IMG/VR virus record: IMGVR_UViG_2713897056_000005 | Origin: a virus | Taxonomy: Duplodnaviria > Heunggongvirae > Uroviricota > Caudoviricetes | Length of the DNA: 38,380 bases | Strand: one strand, 5' to 3' | Shown here: positions 20,025 to 29,529 of the stretch, in pieces | Layout: the number at the start of each line of letters is the position of its first letter | How positions within the stretch are numbered: the stretch's first letter is position 1 | The notes under the pieces: model-generated | The model's database searches: none | The model's input: the letters and a program-made list of their open reading frames with translations, nothing else | Told to the model about the DNA's origin: nothing | Made by a program: the position numbers and the translations under genes

Positions 20025-20675
20025 TCAGCGGCTGTCATTGCGCAGTCTGCGCTCCAGCTGCTGTTTGTCTTTTTTCACGCCACAGCGGGGATCGAGCTGT
20101 AACGCATGGTTGAGATGATTAAGGGCGGAAGCCGGGTTGCTTTCACTCAGGACAGCGCCAATCGCTTTATGCAGACGCGCCCGTGACTGGTCCGGCATAT
20201 CCAGACCGTCTGTCAGCTCCAGCGTCTGCAGCAACAGATCGGCATCAAAGCCGGTGGCGGCAAGCATTGCGCTCTGCGCCGCGTCTGCCATTTCCTCTGC
20301 CAGCACGGTCTGCACATTGCGATTACCCAGCGGCATCACCCAGCCATGACGCAGGGCATGACGCCCGATCTCCAGCGCCCCGGCATAATCTCCGGCATCA
20401 ATGCGCCACAGCATCACGTACATCAGCACGTCATCCTGTTGAGCGCCTCCGGCAGCCAGGACACCCTCTGCCCAGGCGACGTATTTCGGCAGCAGCTCCA
20501 CCTTGATTTCCGCTTTTTTGACCGTGGACTGAACGCCCTTGAGACGGCGGCGGTCTTCCGCCAGTTGCAGCAGCATCAGGTCATAGCCCGACGCGTGGCG
20601 AACACTGCCGCCCTCACGGGCGGCCTGTTCAGCCTGAACGCGCAGGCGATGCTGCCGTGCGGGACTCAGGCTCAT
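20025..20675 (-). CDS. M: Terminase endonuclease (small) subunit M
   Basis: 216 aa; order O-N-M-L. Confidence 0.8.
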   Translation of the reverse strand: MSLSPARQHRLRVQAEQAAREGGSVRHASGYDLMLLQLAEDRRRLKGVQSTVKKAEIKVELLPKYVAWAEGVLAAGGAQQDDVLMYVMLWRIDAGDYAGALEIGRHALRHGWVMPLGNRNVQTVLAEEMADAAQSAMLAATGFDADLLLQTLELTDGLDMPDQSRARLHKAIGAVLSESNPASALNHLNHALQLDPRCGVKKDKQQLERRLRNDSR

Positions 20676-20678
20676 GAA

Positions 20679-21737
20679 TTACGCTCCGGCTTCTGCTGCA
20701 GCGGCGCTGAAATCGCCAATCTGGATGTTTTCCACCAGTGCGGCGCAGCGGTAGTCCTCAACCACATAGGCTTCGTTAACGGATTCAAAGTTTTCAATCC
20801 GGTCACGTTTCGGGTTGTCGATAACTGAACGGCGGCGGGTGTCTTCCTGCCAGTAGATGGACAGGTTATCCAGGCGGGTGATCAGCAGCGCATTCGGCGG
20901 GAAGAACGGCGCACGCACGGCCTGCAGGCCCCCCATGCGTTTCTGACTGATGATCATATCGGCAGCCAGTTTTTCACTGTTTTCCTGCTCTTTGTTGACC
21001 AGCGGGAAATACTTGTCAGACAACAGTTCACGACCGCAAATCACCACCAGATCGTCATCGTCCTGGTAAACCACGTCGATAAGCTCATTGACCGCATCCA
21101 TCACCACAGCGTCCAGGTTGGCATATTCGCCACCTTTCCCGACTTTCACCGCACCCGGTGTGGTTTCACCGCCCGTGGTGGTACTGCCCATGACGTGATC
21201 CGGTGCATCCTCACGGATTTTCTGCAGCCAGCCTTTGTTCACATCCTGCAGCAGCGGGTTTTCGCTACGGTTGGAGGTTTTCGCACGCTTCACGCCGTTA
21301 AAGCCGATCATGATGCGGTCCAGTGCCTGACGTTTCACGATGGCGTTACGGATACGCACCTGGAAATCCTGAAACTTCGCCCACAGGTCCAGCTTCGCGT
21401 AGGTCAGCACCGTGTCAAAGTTGGTCTGCTCGCATTTATATTCCACATCGACCATCAGCGTCGGATCGACAGGCTCACGCTCTTTTGCGGTGGTATCAGT
21501 GGTTCCGGCAATGGTGCTGCCAACCCCCAGCCCCAGCAACTGCCCAGACTGCTCAGTCACTGGCGTGACGTTAATCAGCGTCAGGAAAGCGGCGGACTGC
21601 TGGATCTGGTCTTCCAGCGTCTGCTGTACAGACGGCTCCACGGTGAACTTGCTGGACAGTTCTTCAACTGCCACACCGTTCAGACGCGCCAGCTGCTGCA
21701 GGTAAGCGTTAAAAGCAAAGCGGGTATTCTTCTTCAT
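20679..21737 (-). CDS. N: Major capsid protein N
   Basis: 352 aa; P2 gpN size and position. Confidence 0.9.
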   Translation of the reverse strand: MKKNTRFAFNAYLQQLARLNGVAVEELSSKFTVEPSVQQTLEDQIQQSAAFLTLINVTPVTEQSGQLLGLGVGSTIAGTTDTTAKEREPVDPTLMVDVEYKCEQTNFDTVLTYAKLDLWAKFQDFQVRIRNAIVKRQALDRIMIGFNGVKRAKTSNRSENPLLQDVNKGWLQKIREDAPDHVMGSTTTGGETTPGAVKVGKGGEYANLDAVVMDAVNELIDVVYQDDDDLVVICGRELLSDKYFPLVNKEQENSEKLAADMIISQKRMGGLQAVRAPFFPPNALLITRLDNLSIYWQEDTRRRSVIDNPKRDRIENFESVNEAYVVEDYRCAALVENIQIGDFSAAAAEAGA

Positions 21738-21753
21738 CAGGTTTTGTGCTCCA

Positions 21754-22587
21754 TCAGCAATTGGTCAGAGTGTCAGCGGGGGCGTTACCGCCTGTTGCAC
21801 GCTGGCGGTAGTCCTGGCGGCTGTCTTCATGGCTCAGCTTATTCACCAGTTCGTTAAAGGCGGTTTGCTGCTCCTGCAGAGCAGTCTCCAGCTCAGACAG
21901 GCGTTCTTCCTGCTCAGACAGGGATTTTTCGGTGCGTGCGCTCAGGTTCTGCTGCTCAGTGGCGACCAGCTCCACGGCTTTATGCACATCAGAGAACCGG
22001 GCATCGTCTGACTGCTCTTTTTTGGTGAACAGCGCCGTGACGCGGGCAAACAGGGACGGTTTGTCATCCTGGATTTCTTCCAGTTCGATCACCGTTTCCT
22101 CTGCAGCGGTAAAGAGATTGGCGGGATTCTGCTTGCGGTTTGCCAGCGGGTTATGGGCTGCACTGGCGCTGAATGTCAGCATTTCCGTACCCAGACTGGC
22201 AGGGTCATCAGTGGCAGCCAGGCCGACCAGGTAGGCTTTGCCCGTATCAGCGAACTTCGGGCTGACTTCCATAGAGGTGAATAATTTCTGGCCTTTTTTC
22301 ACCAGTTCCACCAGGGACTCCGTTGGCTCAACATCGGCATACAGCGCCATCTTGCCTGCCAGCGGACCTTCCGTGATTTCTTCAGCAAACAGCGCCGTCA
22401 CCTTGCCGTAGCGGTTAAAGGTGCTGTCCGGCAGATAAGACTTGATGTGCTCAAGGTTAATCAGCGCGGTATACACCGCCGGGTTGTAGCTGGCTGCCAT
22501 CTGTTCCAGCCATTCACGCTGGATTTCGCGTCCGTCGGTGGTGGCACCTTCCACCCCGATGCGAAAACGCTTTGCTTTCACTGTCAT
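21754..22587 (-). CDS. O: Capsid scaffold protein O
   Basis: 277 aa; coiled-coil rich C-terminus; divergent from P. Confidence 0.85.
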   Translation of the reverse strand: MTVKAKRFRIGVEGATTDGREIQREWLEQMAASYNPAVYTALINLEHIKSYLPDSTFNRYGKVTALFAEEITEGPLAGKMALYADVEPTESLVELVKKGQKLFTSMEVSPKFADTGKAYLVGLAATDDPASLGTEMLTFSASAAHNPLANRKQNPANLFTAAEETVIELEEIQDDKPSLFARVTALFTKKEQSDDARFSDVHKAVELVATEQQNLSARTEKSLSEQEERLSELETALQEQQTAFNELVNKLSHEDSRQDYRQRATGGNAPADTLTNC

Positions 22588-22665
22588 GAGCCGTGCTCCG
22601 TTAGAAAAAACTTACTGGAGCCTTATGGTTGCGGTGATGGGGGCAGTGAAACAATGCGCGGTATT

Positions 22666-22683
22666 TGTACCGACAACCACACA
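22666..22683. promoter_or_regulatory. Candidate Ogr-dependent late promoter site (TGT-N12-ACA) in the divergent O/P control region
   Basis: tgtaccgacaaccacaca; 55 nt from the P start and 87 nt from the O start; assignment to PO or PP is ambiguous. Confidence 0.45.
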
Positions 22684-22729
22684 AACCGCAGGCGGGGAAA
22701 GCCTTCATTCAAGGCTGTAGGTTTGTGCC

Positions 22730-24499
22730 ATGAACACCACACTGACACCCGCAGATCTCGATCCCCGTCGGCAGGCCATGCTGCTGTACTTTCAGGGATA
22801 CCGCGTAGCCCGCATTGCTGAAATGCTGGGCGAGAAAGTTGCAACCGTTCACAGCTGGAAAAAAAACGCGACAAGTGGGGTGACTATGGGCCGCTGGATC
22901 AGATGCAGCTCACCACCGCCGCACGCTACTGCCAGCTCATTATGAAGGAGCACAAAGAAGGGAAAGATTTCAAAGAGATTGACCTGCTGGCGCGCCAGTC
23001 GGAGCGCCATGCGCGGATCGGCAAGTTTAACAATGGCGGCAACGAAGCCGACTTAAACCCTAACGTCGCCAACCGCAACAAAGGCCCGCGCCGTCAGCCG
23101 GAAAAGAACGTTTTCACCGATGAACAGATTGAGAAGCTGGAAGAAATCTTCCATTCCTCCATGTTCAACTACCAGCGCCACTGGTGGGAAGCCGGAAAAA
23201 CCAACCGCATCCGCAACCTGCTGAAGTCACGCCAGATCGGCGCGACCTTTTACTTTGCCCGTGAAGCCCTGATTGACGCCCTGCTTACCGGACGTAACCA
23301 GATTTTCCTTTCTGCCAGTAAGGCACAGGCTCACGTCTTTAAGCAGTACATCATAGACTTCGCCAAAGAAGTCGAGGTGGAGCTGAAAGGCGATCCGATG
23401 GTGCTTCCTAACGGAGCCACGCTTTACTTCCTCGGCACCAATGCCCGCACGGCCCAGAGTTATCACGGCAACCTGTATCTGGATGAATATTTCTGGATAC
23501 CGAAATTCCAGGAGCTGCGCAAAGTGGCTTCCGGTATGGCTATTCACAAAAAATGGCGACAAACCTATTTTTCCACGCCATCCAGCCTGACACACAGTGC
23601 TTATCCGTTCTGGTCCGGTGCGCTATTCAACCGTGGGCGCAACAAAGCCGATAAGGTGGACATCGACCTGTCCCACAGCAATCTGGCCCCCGGCCTGCTG
23701 TGCGCAGACGGGCAATACCGCCAGATAGTCACCGTGGAAGATGCGGTGCGCGGCGGCTGTAACCTGTTCGACCTTGACCAGTTGCGCATGGAGTACAGCC
23801 CGGACGAATACCAGAACCTGCTGATGTGCGAGTTTGTGGACGATCTCGCGTCCGTGTTTCCGCTCAGCGAGCTGCAGGCGTGCATGGTGGACAGCTGGGA
23901 AGTCTGGACCGACTTTCATGCACTGGCGCTGCGCCCGTTTGGCTGGCGCGAGGTGTGGATCGGTTATGACCCGGCAAAAGGTACGCAGAACGGCGATAGT
24001 GCCGGATGCGTGGTGGTGGCTCCGCCAGCCGTGCCGGGTGGTAAGTTCCGCATTCTTGAGCGTCACCAGTGGCGCGGGATGGACTTCCGCGCCCAGGCTG
24101 ACGCCATCAAAAAACTGACCGAACAGTATAACGTGACCTATATCGGCATCGACTCGACCGGCGTCGGTCACGGGGTTTACGAGAACGTGAAAGCGTTTTT
24201 TCCTGCCGTCAGGGAGTTTGTCTACAACCCCAACGTTAAAAAACGCCCTGGTACTCAAGGCCTACGACATTATCAGCCACCGCCGTCTGGAGTTTGACGC
24301 CGGGCACACCGACATTGCGCAGTCATTTATGGCAATCCGTCGCGCTACCACTGCCAGTGGCAACCGCCCGACCTATGAAGCCAGCCGCAGCGAAGAAGCC
24401 AGCCATGCCGATCTGGCCTGGGCAACAATGCACGCACTGTTTAACGAACCGCTGCAGGGCGAATACGCCAATACCAGCAATATTGTGGAGATTTTTTGA
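22730..24499 (+). pseudogene. P: Terminase ATPase (large) subunit P, reading frame broken twice at homopolymer A runs
   Basis: Three consecutive ORFs in different frames (22730..22945, 22903..24297, 24218..24499) together give a continuous terminase-like protein; breaks at A8 (22859..22866) and A6 (24238..24243). Confidence 0.75.
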
Positions 24500-25533
24500 T
24501 GGGAAAGAGTAAGAAGAACCGAGCTGCGGCGACGAAACAGATCCAGCTTAAAAGTCAAACTACAGCCGAAGCATTCAGCTTCGGCGATCCCGTTCCTGTT
24601 CTGGACCGCCGTGAACTGCTGGACTATGTGGAATGCGTACAGATGGACCGTTGGTATGAGCCGCCCGTCAGCTTTGACGGACTGGCGCGCACCTTCCGCG
24701 CCGCCGTGCATCACAGTTCCCCGATTGCAGTAAAGTGCAACATTCTGACCAGTACCTATATCCCTCATCCGCTGCTCAGCCAGCAGGCTTTTTCGCGTTT
24801 TGTGCAGGACTATCTGGTATTTGGTAACGCCTACCTGGAGAAACGCACGAACCGATTCGGTGAAGTTATCGCTCTTGAGCCTGCGCTTGCAAAATACACC
24901 CGACGCGGATTAGACCTGGATACCTACTGGTTTGTGCAATACGGTATGACAACCCTGCCGTATCAGTTCACGAAAGGCAGCATTTTTCATCTGATGGAAC
25001 CGGACATCAACCAGGAGATCTACGGCCTGCCCGGTTATCTTTCTGCCATTCCGTCAGCCCTGCTCAACGAGTCCGCCACGCTGTTCCGCCGCAAGTATTA
25101 CATTAACGGTAGCCATGCAGGCTTCATCATGTATATGACCGATGCCGCGCAGAACCAGGAAGATGTGAACAACCTCCGCAACGCAATGAAAAGCGCCAAA
25201 GGCCCTGGCAACTTCCGCAATCTGTTTATGTACTCGCCTAACGGCAAAAAGGACGGACTTCAGATTATCCCGTTGTCAGAGGTCGCAGCGAAAGATGAGT
25301 TTTTGAATATCAAGAACGTGAGTCGGGATGACATGATGGCAGCACATCGTGTGCCGCCGCAAATGATGGGGATTATGCCGAGTAATGTTGGGGGGTTTGG
25401 GGATGTGGAGAAAGCCAGCCGCGTCTTTGTTCGCAACGAGTTGATACCTCTGCAGAAGCGCCTTCAGGAATTGAACGACTGGCTTGGAGAAGAAGTCATG
25501 CGTTTTGAAGATTATAATTTAGGTATTGAATGA
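24496..25533 (+). CDS. Q: Portal protein Q
   Basis: 345 aa; directly after P; P2 gpQ size. Confidence 0.9.
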   Translation: MMGKSKKNRAAATKQIQLKSQTTAEAFSFGDPVPVLDRRELLDYVECVQMDRWYEPPVSFDGLARTFRAAVHHSSPIAVKCNILTSTYIPHPLLSQQAFSRFVQDYLVFGNAYLEKRTNRFGEVIALEPALAKYTRRGLDLDTYWFVQYGMTTLPYQFTKGSIFHLMEPDINQEIYGLPGYLSAIPSALLNESATLFRRKYYINGSHAGFIMYMTDAAQNQEDVNNLRNAMKSAKGPGNFRNLFMYSPNGKKDGLQIIPLSEVAAKDEFLNIKNVSRDDMMAAHRVPPQMMGIMPSNVGGFGDVEKASRVFVRNELIPLQKRLQELNDWLGEEVMRFEDYNLGIE

Positions 25534-25540
25534 TATTTAA

Positions 25541-25570
25541 AAGCCTGTACAAACAGGCTTTTATTCTTTA
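25541..25570. terminator. Hairpin plus T-rich tract between convergent Q and cargo operon (likely bidirectional terminator)
   Basis: agcctgt-acaa-acaggct followed by a T-rich tract (ttttattcttt). Confidence 0.5.
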
Positions 25571-25602
25571 GTTTAAAATCACCAAGACATGAGCATTAAA
25601 AC

Positions 25603-26268
25603 TTAAAGATCCGGATCTACAGGCTCATGATATAGATTTACAGGGTAATGAATAACTTCATAATTCAGTTGAGTAACTGTGTGAACATGCTGGCTATAAA
25701 AAACCAATGGATTTTTTTGACAAGGAGTAATCGTTATAGATTTACAGGCATGAATTCTTGGTGCGAATTTATCTAAATGCGCCTTCCAGTTGCTCATCAT
25801 TTCATTACATTTTCTATTACGAGTATAGATAATCAATCCACCACTTGCGCTGTCTACGGTCCCTGTACTATATCGTTCAGTGAGTTGAGCATACCCTTTA
25901 AATAAATAACTATATGAAGATGTATGTTTTTTGGCTTCGCCATGCCAAATATAATCCTTTAGTTTTATTGTAATATCACAATGTCCGCGCTGATTATTTT
26001 CATGAAATGCTTCAATGCCCATATCTTTATTTTTGATATTGGCCAATAAAATTAAAGTAAGCTGATCTTCTGTTAAATCGAAGTTTAACTTATTTGAATT
26101 CTCTTCTATTTCCTTTACAGCAGAATCAAGTTCAATCCTGACAAATTGTTTGAAATTATCGTACGATTGAAGTGCAAATCTAACACGAGTAATAGAAGCA
26201 TTAATACGCTGAAGAAAAATATCATTATCAATATCAGCCAAACTCATTGCTGCAGACATTTTTAACAT
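25603..26268 (-). CDS. Hypothetical protein, gene 3 of AT-rich cargo operon; possible PD-(D/E)xK-like nuclease motif
   Basis: 221 aa; start ATG overlaps the stop of the upstream gene (TGATG); segment GHCDITIKLKDYIWHGEAKK fits a D...ExK pattern (weak). Confidence 0.5.
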   Translation of the reverse strand: MLKMSAAMSLADIDNDIFLQRINASITRVRFALQSYDNFKQFVRIELDSAVKEIEENSNKLNFDLTEDQLTLILLANIKNKDMGIEAFHENNQRGHCDITIKLKDYIWHGEAKKHTSSYSYLFKGYAQLTERYSTGTVDSASGGLIIYTRNRKCNEMMSNWKAHLDKFAPRIHACKSITITPCQKNPLVFYSQHVHTVTQLNYEVIHYPVNLYHEPVDPDL

Positions 26269-26702
26269 CAGATAATATCCTTTGATTTAGATTCATCTAA
26301 TGTAAAAAAAGGAAATACGAATGACTTATAGTCATACATAAGCTCCCCTGTAAATGGGTTTACTAAAGATTGACTGATTTCCGCCTCAATAACTTCCTCT
26401 ATTTCAAGTTCTACAGGGTCATGAAAATCATCAATGAACCAATAATTGAGTTTTAAAAAATCAACCTTTGGGCTACAAAGAATTTGTATGGCCGGATAGA
26501 TAACCTGCTCATACGTTTCTGGCTGTAAAACCTTATTATAACCACCAGCTATATTAAATAAATCCTTATAACTTAAAGCTATATTTGATGATTTTTTAGC
26601 CCTTGCCTCGATTTCATCGTACAAATAGCAAGCTAACGCCCCAATTTCAGGGCGTTCTGCACACATTTCTTTGATGATCTTGGGCATATCACCATCCTTC
26701 AT
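26268..26702 (-). CDS. Hypothetical acidic protein, gene 2 of cargo operon
   Basis: About 144 aa from the ATG at 26702 with GGAG Shine-Dalgarno; Asp/Glu-rich. Confidence 0.5.
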   Translation of the reverse strand: MKDGDMPKIIKEMCAERPEIGALACYLYDEIEARAKKSSNIALSYKDLFNIAGGYNKVLQPETYEQVIYPAIQILCSPKVDFLKLNYWFIDDFHDPVELEIEEVIEAEISQSLVNPFTGELMYDYKSFVFPFFTLDESKSKDII

Positions 26703-26714
26703 TGCTGACTCCAA

Positions 26715-27821
26715 TTATAATATCAGCTTTGTGAGGGTTTCGAAATCATCTTTGGATATACATTTACTTAATATAGCATAGTTAACAGGAGAGCAACTAC
26801 TCCCTCCTAGATGCCTGCGGAGTGTTCCCGGAATGATAAGCTCTACGTTATCCGCTAATTGCAGTTTTGGATTATTTCTATCAACTCTAATTCCAATACG
26901 ATACAAACCAATACTGCCTACTGCTTTGATGCCTTCCTTATTAAACAAATCATCACGTAAGTCTTTAGTGGCCACATTTTTCTTTTCTTTATGCGTAGTC
27001 CCCTCATTCGTCAAAAATGACAAATCAAAGACTTTATAGCTTAATTTTGAATAAGGCAATGAATTTTGTTTGAAAATTGGCTCAATTAACGGATAAAAAT
27101 CTTTTTCCGATGATTTAAATTCATAACCGACATGATTATACAATTCACGAATAATGTTACTCTTTGCAAAAGTAACATTATCACCAATAATATTACCATT
27201 AGTATCTACCAAAACATGAATTTTATTAGTAACAGAGTCTAATATACAGACATCAAAACATTGTCGCTTTTCTTTTCGCTTTGCAATAATTTCATCAAAC
27301 TGCTTGTATTGCGCAAGTGCTGACGGGGGAATTTTTTCTCTTACAACTAATTCTCTGACAGATGAAAAAACAAGTATTGACTGGGTGTTTTGAATAGAAT
27401 AATTAACAAGTTCAGGTTGATTTTTTACAGCATTTTGCAATTGGACATCATCAAGGATCGAATCAACCAATAATGATGGTTGATTCATCAAATTCCATTG
27501 AAAACTAAATCTGTCATTTAGTGTTTTAATTACACTATTATCTACAGTCAAACTAAATATTGCTTTTTCACCATAAACGACCTGACCAAAAATTAGGTCA
27601 TTTACGTTTGCCATAATGCCATCAAACTTTTGCCTATCTTTACTTTTAAGATCAATGAGGCTTTCTAGTATTTTTTCGTTTGTTGCTTCACGCCCCCTAC
27701 CTGTTGGCAGCCCTAAAGACGCAATAATTGGCCTTGCAACGTTCCATGTGAAACGTTCAGTTAAGGTCAAGATCGACTTTAACTCAGACTCAGAAAGCAC
27801 TACTGGGACACTACCTGTCAT
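26715..27821 (-). CDS. Hypothetical protein, gene 1 of cargo operon
   Basis: About 368 aa from the ATG at 27821 with AGGTG Shine-Dalgarno (a GTG at 27830 is an alternative start); no recognisable ATPase or other motif. Confidence 0.5.
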   Translation of the reverse strand: MTGSVPVVLSESELKSILTLTERFTWNVARPIIASLGLPTGRGREATNEKILESLIDLKSKDRQKFDGIMANVNDLIFGQVVYGEKAIFSLTVDNSVIKTLNDRFSFQWNLMNQPSLLVDSILDDVQLQNAVKNQPELVNYSIQNTQSILVFSSVRELVVREKIPPSALAQYKQFDEIIAKRKEKRQCFDVCILDSVTNKIHVLVDTNGNIIGDNVTFAKSNIIRELYNHVGYEFKSSEKDFYPLIEPIFKQNSLPYSKLSYKVFDLSFLTNEGTTHKEKKNVATKDLRDDLFNKEGIKAVGSIGLYRIGIRVDRNNPKLQLADNVELIIPGTLRRHLGGSSCSPVNYAILSKCISKDDFETLTKLIL

Positions 27822-27980
27822 AACTTGCACCTAGTCATCCAAAAAGCAATAAGAATTTGCTCTTGTCTTAATTTATCCTTCGATACCTAACAAATTACCT
27901 CAATGTTGAAAAAATTTGCAAGCCATTTGCTTCTAAAAAGCGACCTTACTCAGAGTGTTACAAAACTAAGCGAGCGCGCG

Positions 27981-27999
27981 CTCGTATCCCCGCCACGCC
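27981..27999. other. cos-like cohesive-end site
   Basis: Reverse complement GGCGTGGCGGGGATACGAG; the first 13 nt match the P2/186 cohesive-end sequence as I recall it; sits in a 720 bp non-coding stretch. Confidence 0.5.
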
Positions 28000-28020
28000 T
28001 GCCCGCTTTATGCAGTGATT

Positions 28021-28123
28021 TTCATGCACCTGCATGACATAAGCGAAAGCCCGCCAGTTCTGGGGGGCCTCAGCAAAAACGATCCTCAAACGATCATGCA
28101 ATTTCATGCAGCATAGTCATGCA
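28021..28123. repeat. Cluster of short CATGCA repeats adjacent to cos (possible terminase binding sites)
   Basis: CATGCA at 28023, 28095, 28105 and 28118 plus an inverted TGCATG at 28031. Confidence 0.35.
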
Positions 28124-28552
28124 CAGCCAAGAGAAGTGAAAATCCGTATCTGAATGACCACTTAAAAAACGAAATATACGGGTTTACAAACATGGAGGTT
28201 CACTGTGAGCGAAGAGCGGAAGTTGCCTTAATTAGGTTACATGGGGGACAAATGTTACTAGCATGATTATGCGGGATACTTACAATACCACGCCTTAATT
28301 GCTTTGTTATCCCACCAGAAAGTCATGGAGCCGCAACTGATAAGAAAATTGTTGTAAAAGTGCCAGTTGGTTACTCTGAATTTCTGCTTAGCCAGGAGAG
28401 TGCCTGCGTTGTCAGCGAATGCGTAAGTTGATCCTTCAATGCAGAAATAGTTCAATTTATTAAACAACACTCCTGGCGGGATTAACGCCGCATCTATAAT
28501 GCGTGAGAGTGTGCATGCGCAATTTCAGCAAAAAAAATTGAAAATAGCGCTA

Positions 28553-29525
28553 CTAACTTCCCTTTATTTTTAGTTCGTTAAAAATATCTTCGATTACCAA
28601 TCCATTTTTAATTAAATGCTGCACAATATTTTCATATTCTTTGAAATTGTCAATATGCAAGCCATGATCTTTTTCTTTAGCAATTCTCGTGATCACATGT
28701 ACGCTATCTGTATAATCAATCTTATTTTTAAGAGCATTGAGCAAACTTATACTTGGATTTAAAGTTGAGATTAGTTTACCAAACTCGGTTTGTAACTCTT
28801 TGGATTGATGAGTATTAATATAATCTTCAATAAAAGCATCAAAATCTCCTTGCAACTCAACTTTAAGGTTTGCTATATCCTTCATAATATTTTCTAACTC
28901 AGAAGAGTATGGCCGACCATGTTTAAAATCGAATAAAAAAAGATTTGCTTTCTCAATACATTCGCAAATATAAAAAACTGTATAAAGGGAATATTTTTGC
29001 TTAACTTTTAATTTTCCATAGGCGTAGTGAACCAAAAGATGCTTAGCATTAATAACATTTTTATTTTTTGAAAGTTGATTGTTAGTTGCAGGCGGATAAA
29101 TTACCACATCAACATTATCTAAATTTTGAAAAGTTTTTAAAATAAGAGCCTCAACCTTATTCCAATCGAGGCCCCCATTACCACAGCCTAAAGGTGGTAT
29201 TGATATTGATGTAATTTTTTTTTTCATCTATAATTTTTGCTAAAGATTCAAGGCCTTGCGAGATAAAATCATATGTTGATTTTTTTCTCCAACTATCTTT
29301 AGTGGGAAAGTTTACAATTATTTTTCCCTTTTCCTCTACAATTAAAACCTGTCCAATTTTCATTGTACCAGTGGCGCATGCTCTCTTATAAACTTCGAAA
29401 TTATAGGGAAAAGTTTCTTTAAAAGCCAAAGCAATACCCTTTCCCATGACTCCTTGGCAGTTTACAGCATTCACAAGAGCTTGCGATGTAGAGTTTAGAA
29501 GATTTCCGCTTGCATACTTAATCAT
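28553..29525 (-). pseudogene. darG: DarG-like macrodomain antitoxin, split into two ORFs at an A10 tract
   Basis: 29178..29525 encodes the macrodomain N-terminus (ALVNAVNCQGVMGKGIALAF) and 28553..29227 continues it (SIPPLGCGNGGL) plus a C-terminal domain; frames switch inside the A10 run at 29215..29224. Confidence 0.65.
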
Positions 29526-29529
29526 AGAA

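Noticed and set aside
28021-28123. CRISPR-like array
   Set aside because: The repeats are only 6 to 7 bp with irregular spacing and no spacer-repeat periodicity; no cas genes in the window.
28267-28470. 67 aa minus-strand ORF in the cos-proximal non-coding region
   Set aside because: No convincing ribosome-binding site, Trp/Cys/Phe-rich unusual composition, lies in a region more likely to hold cos-flanking signals and promoters.
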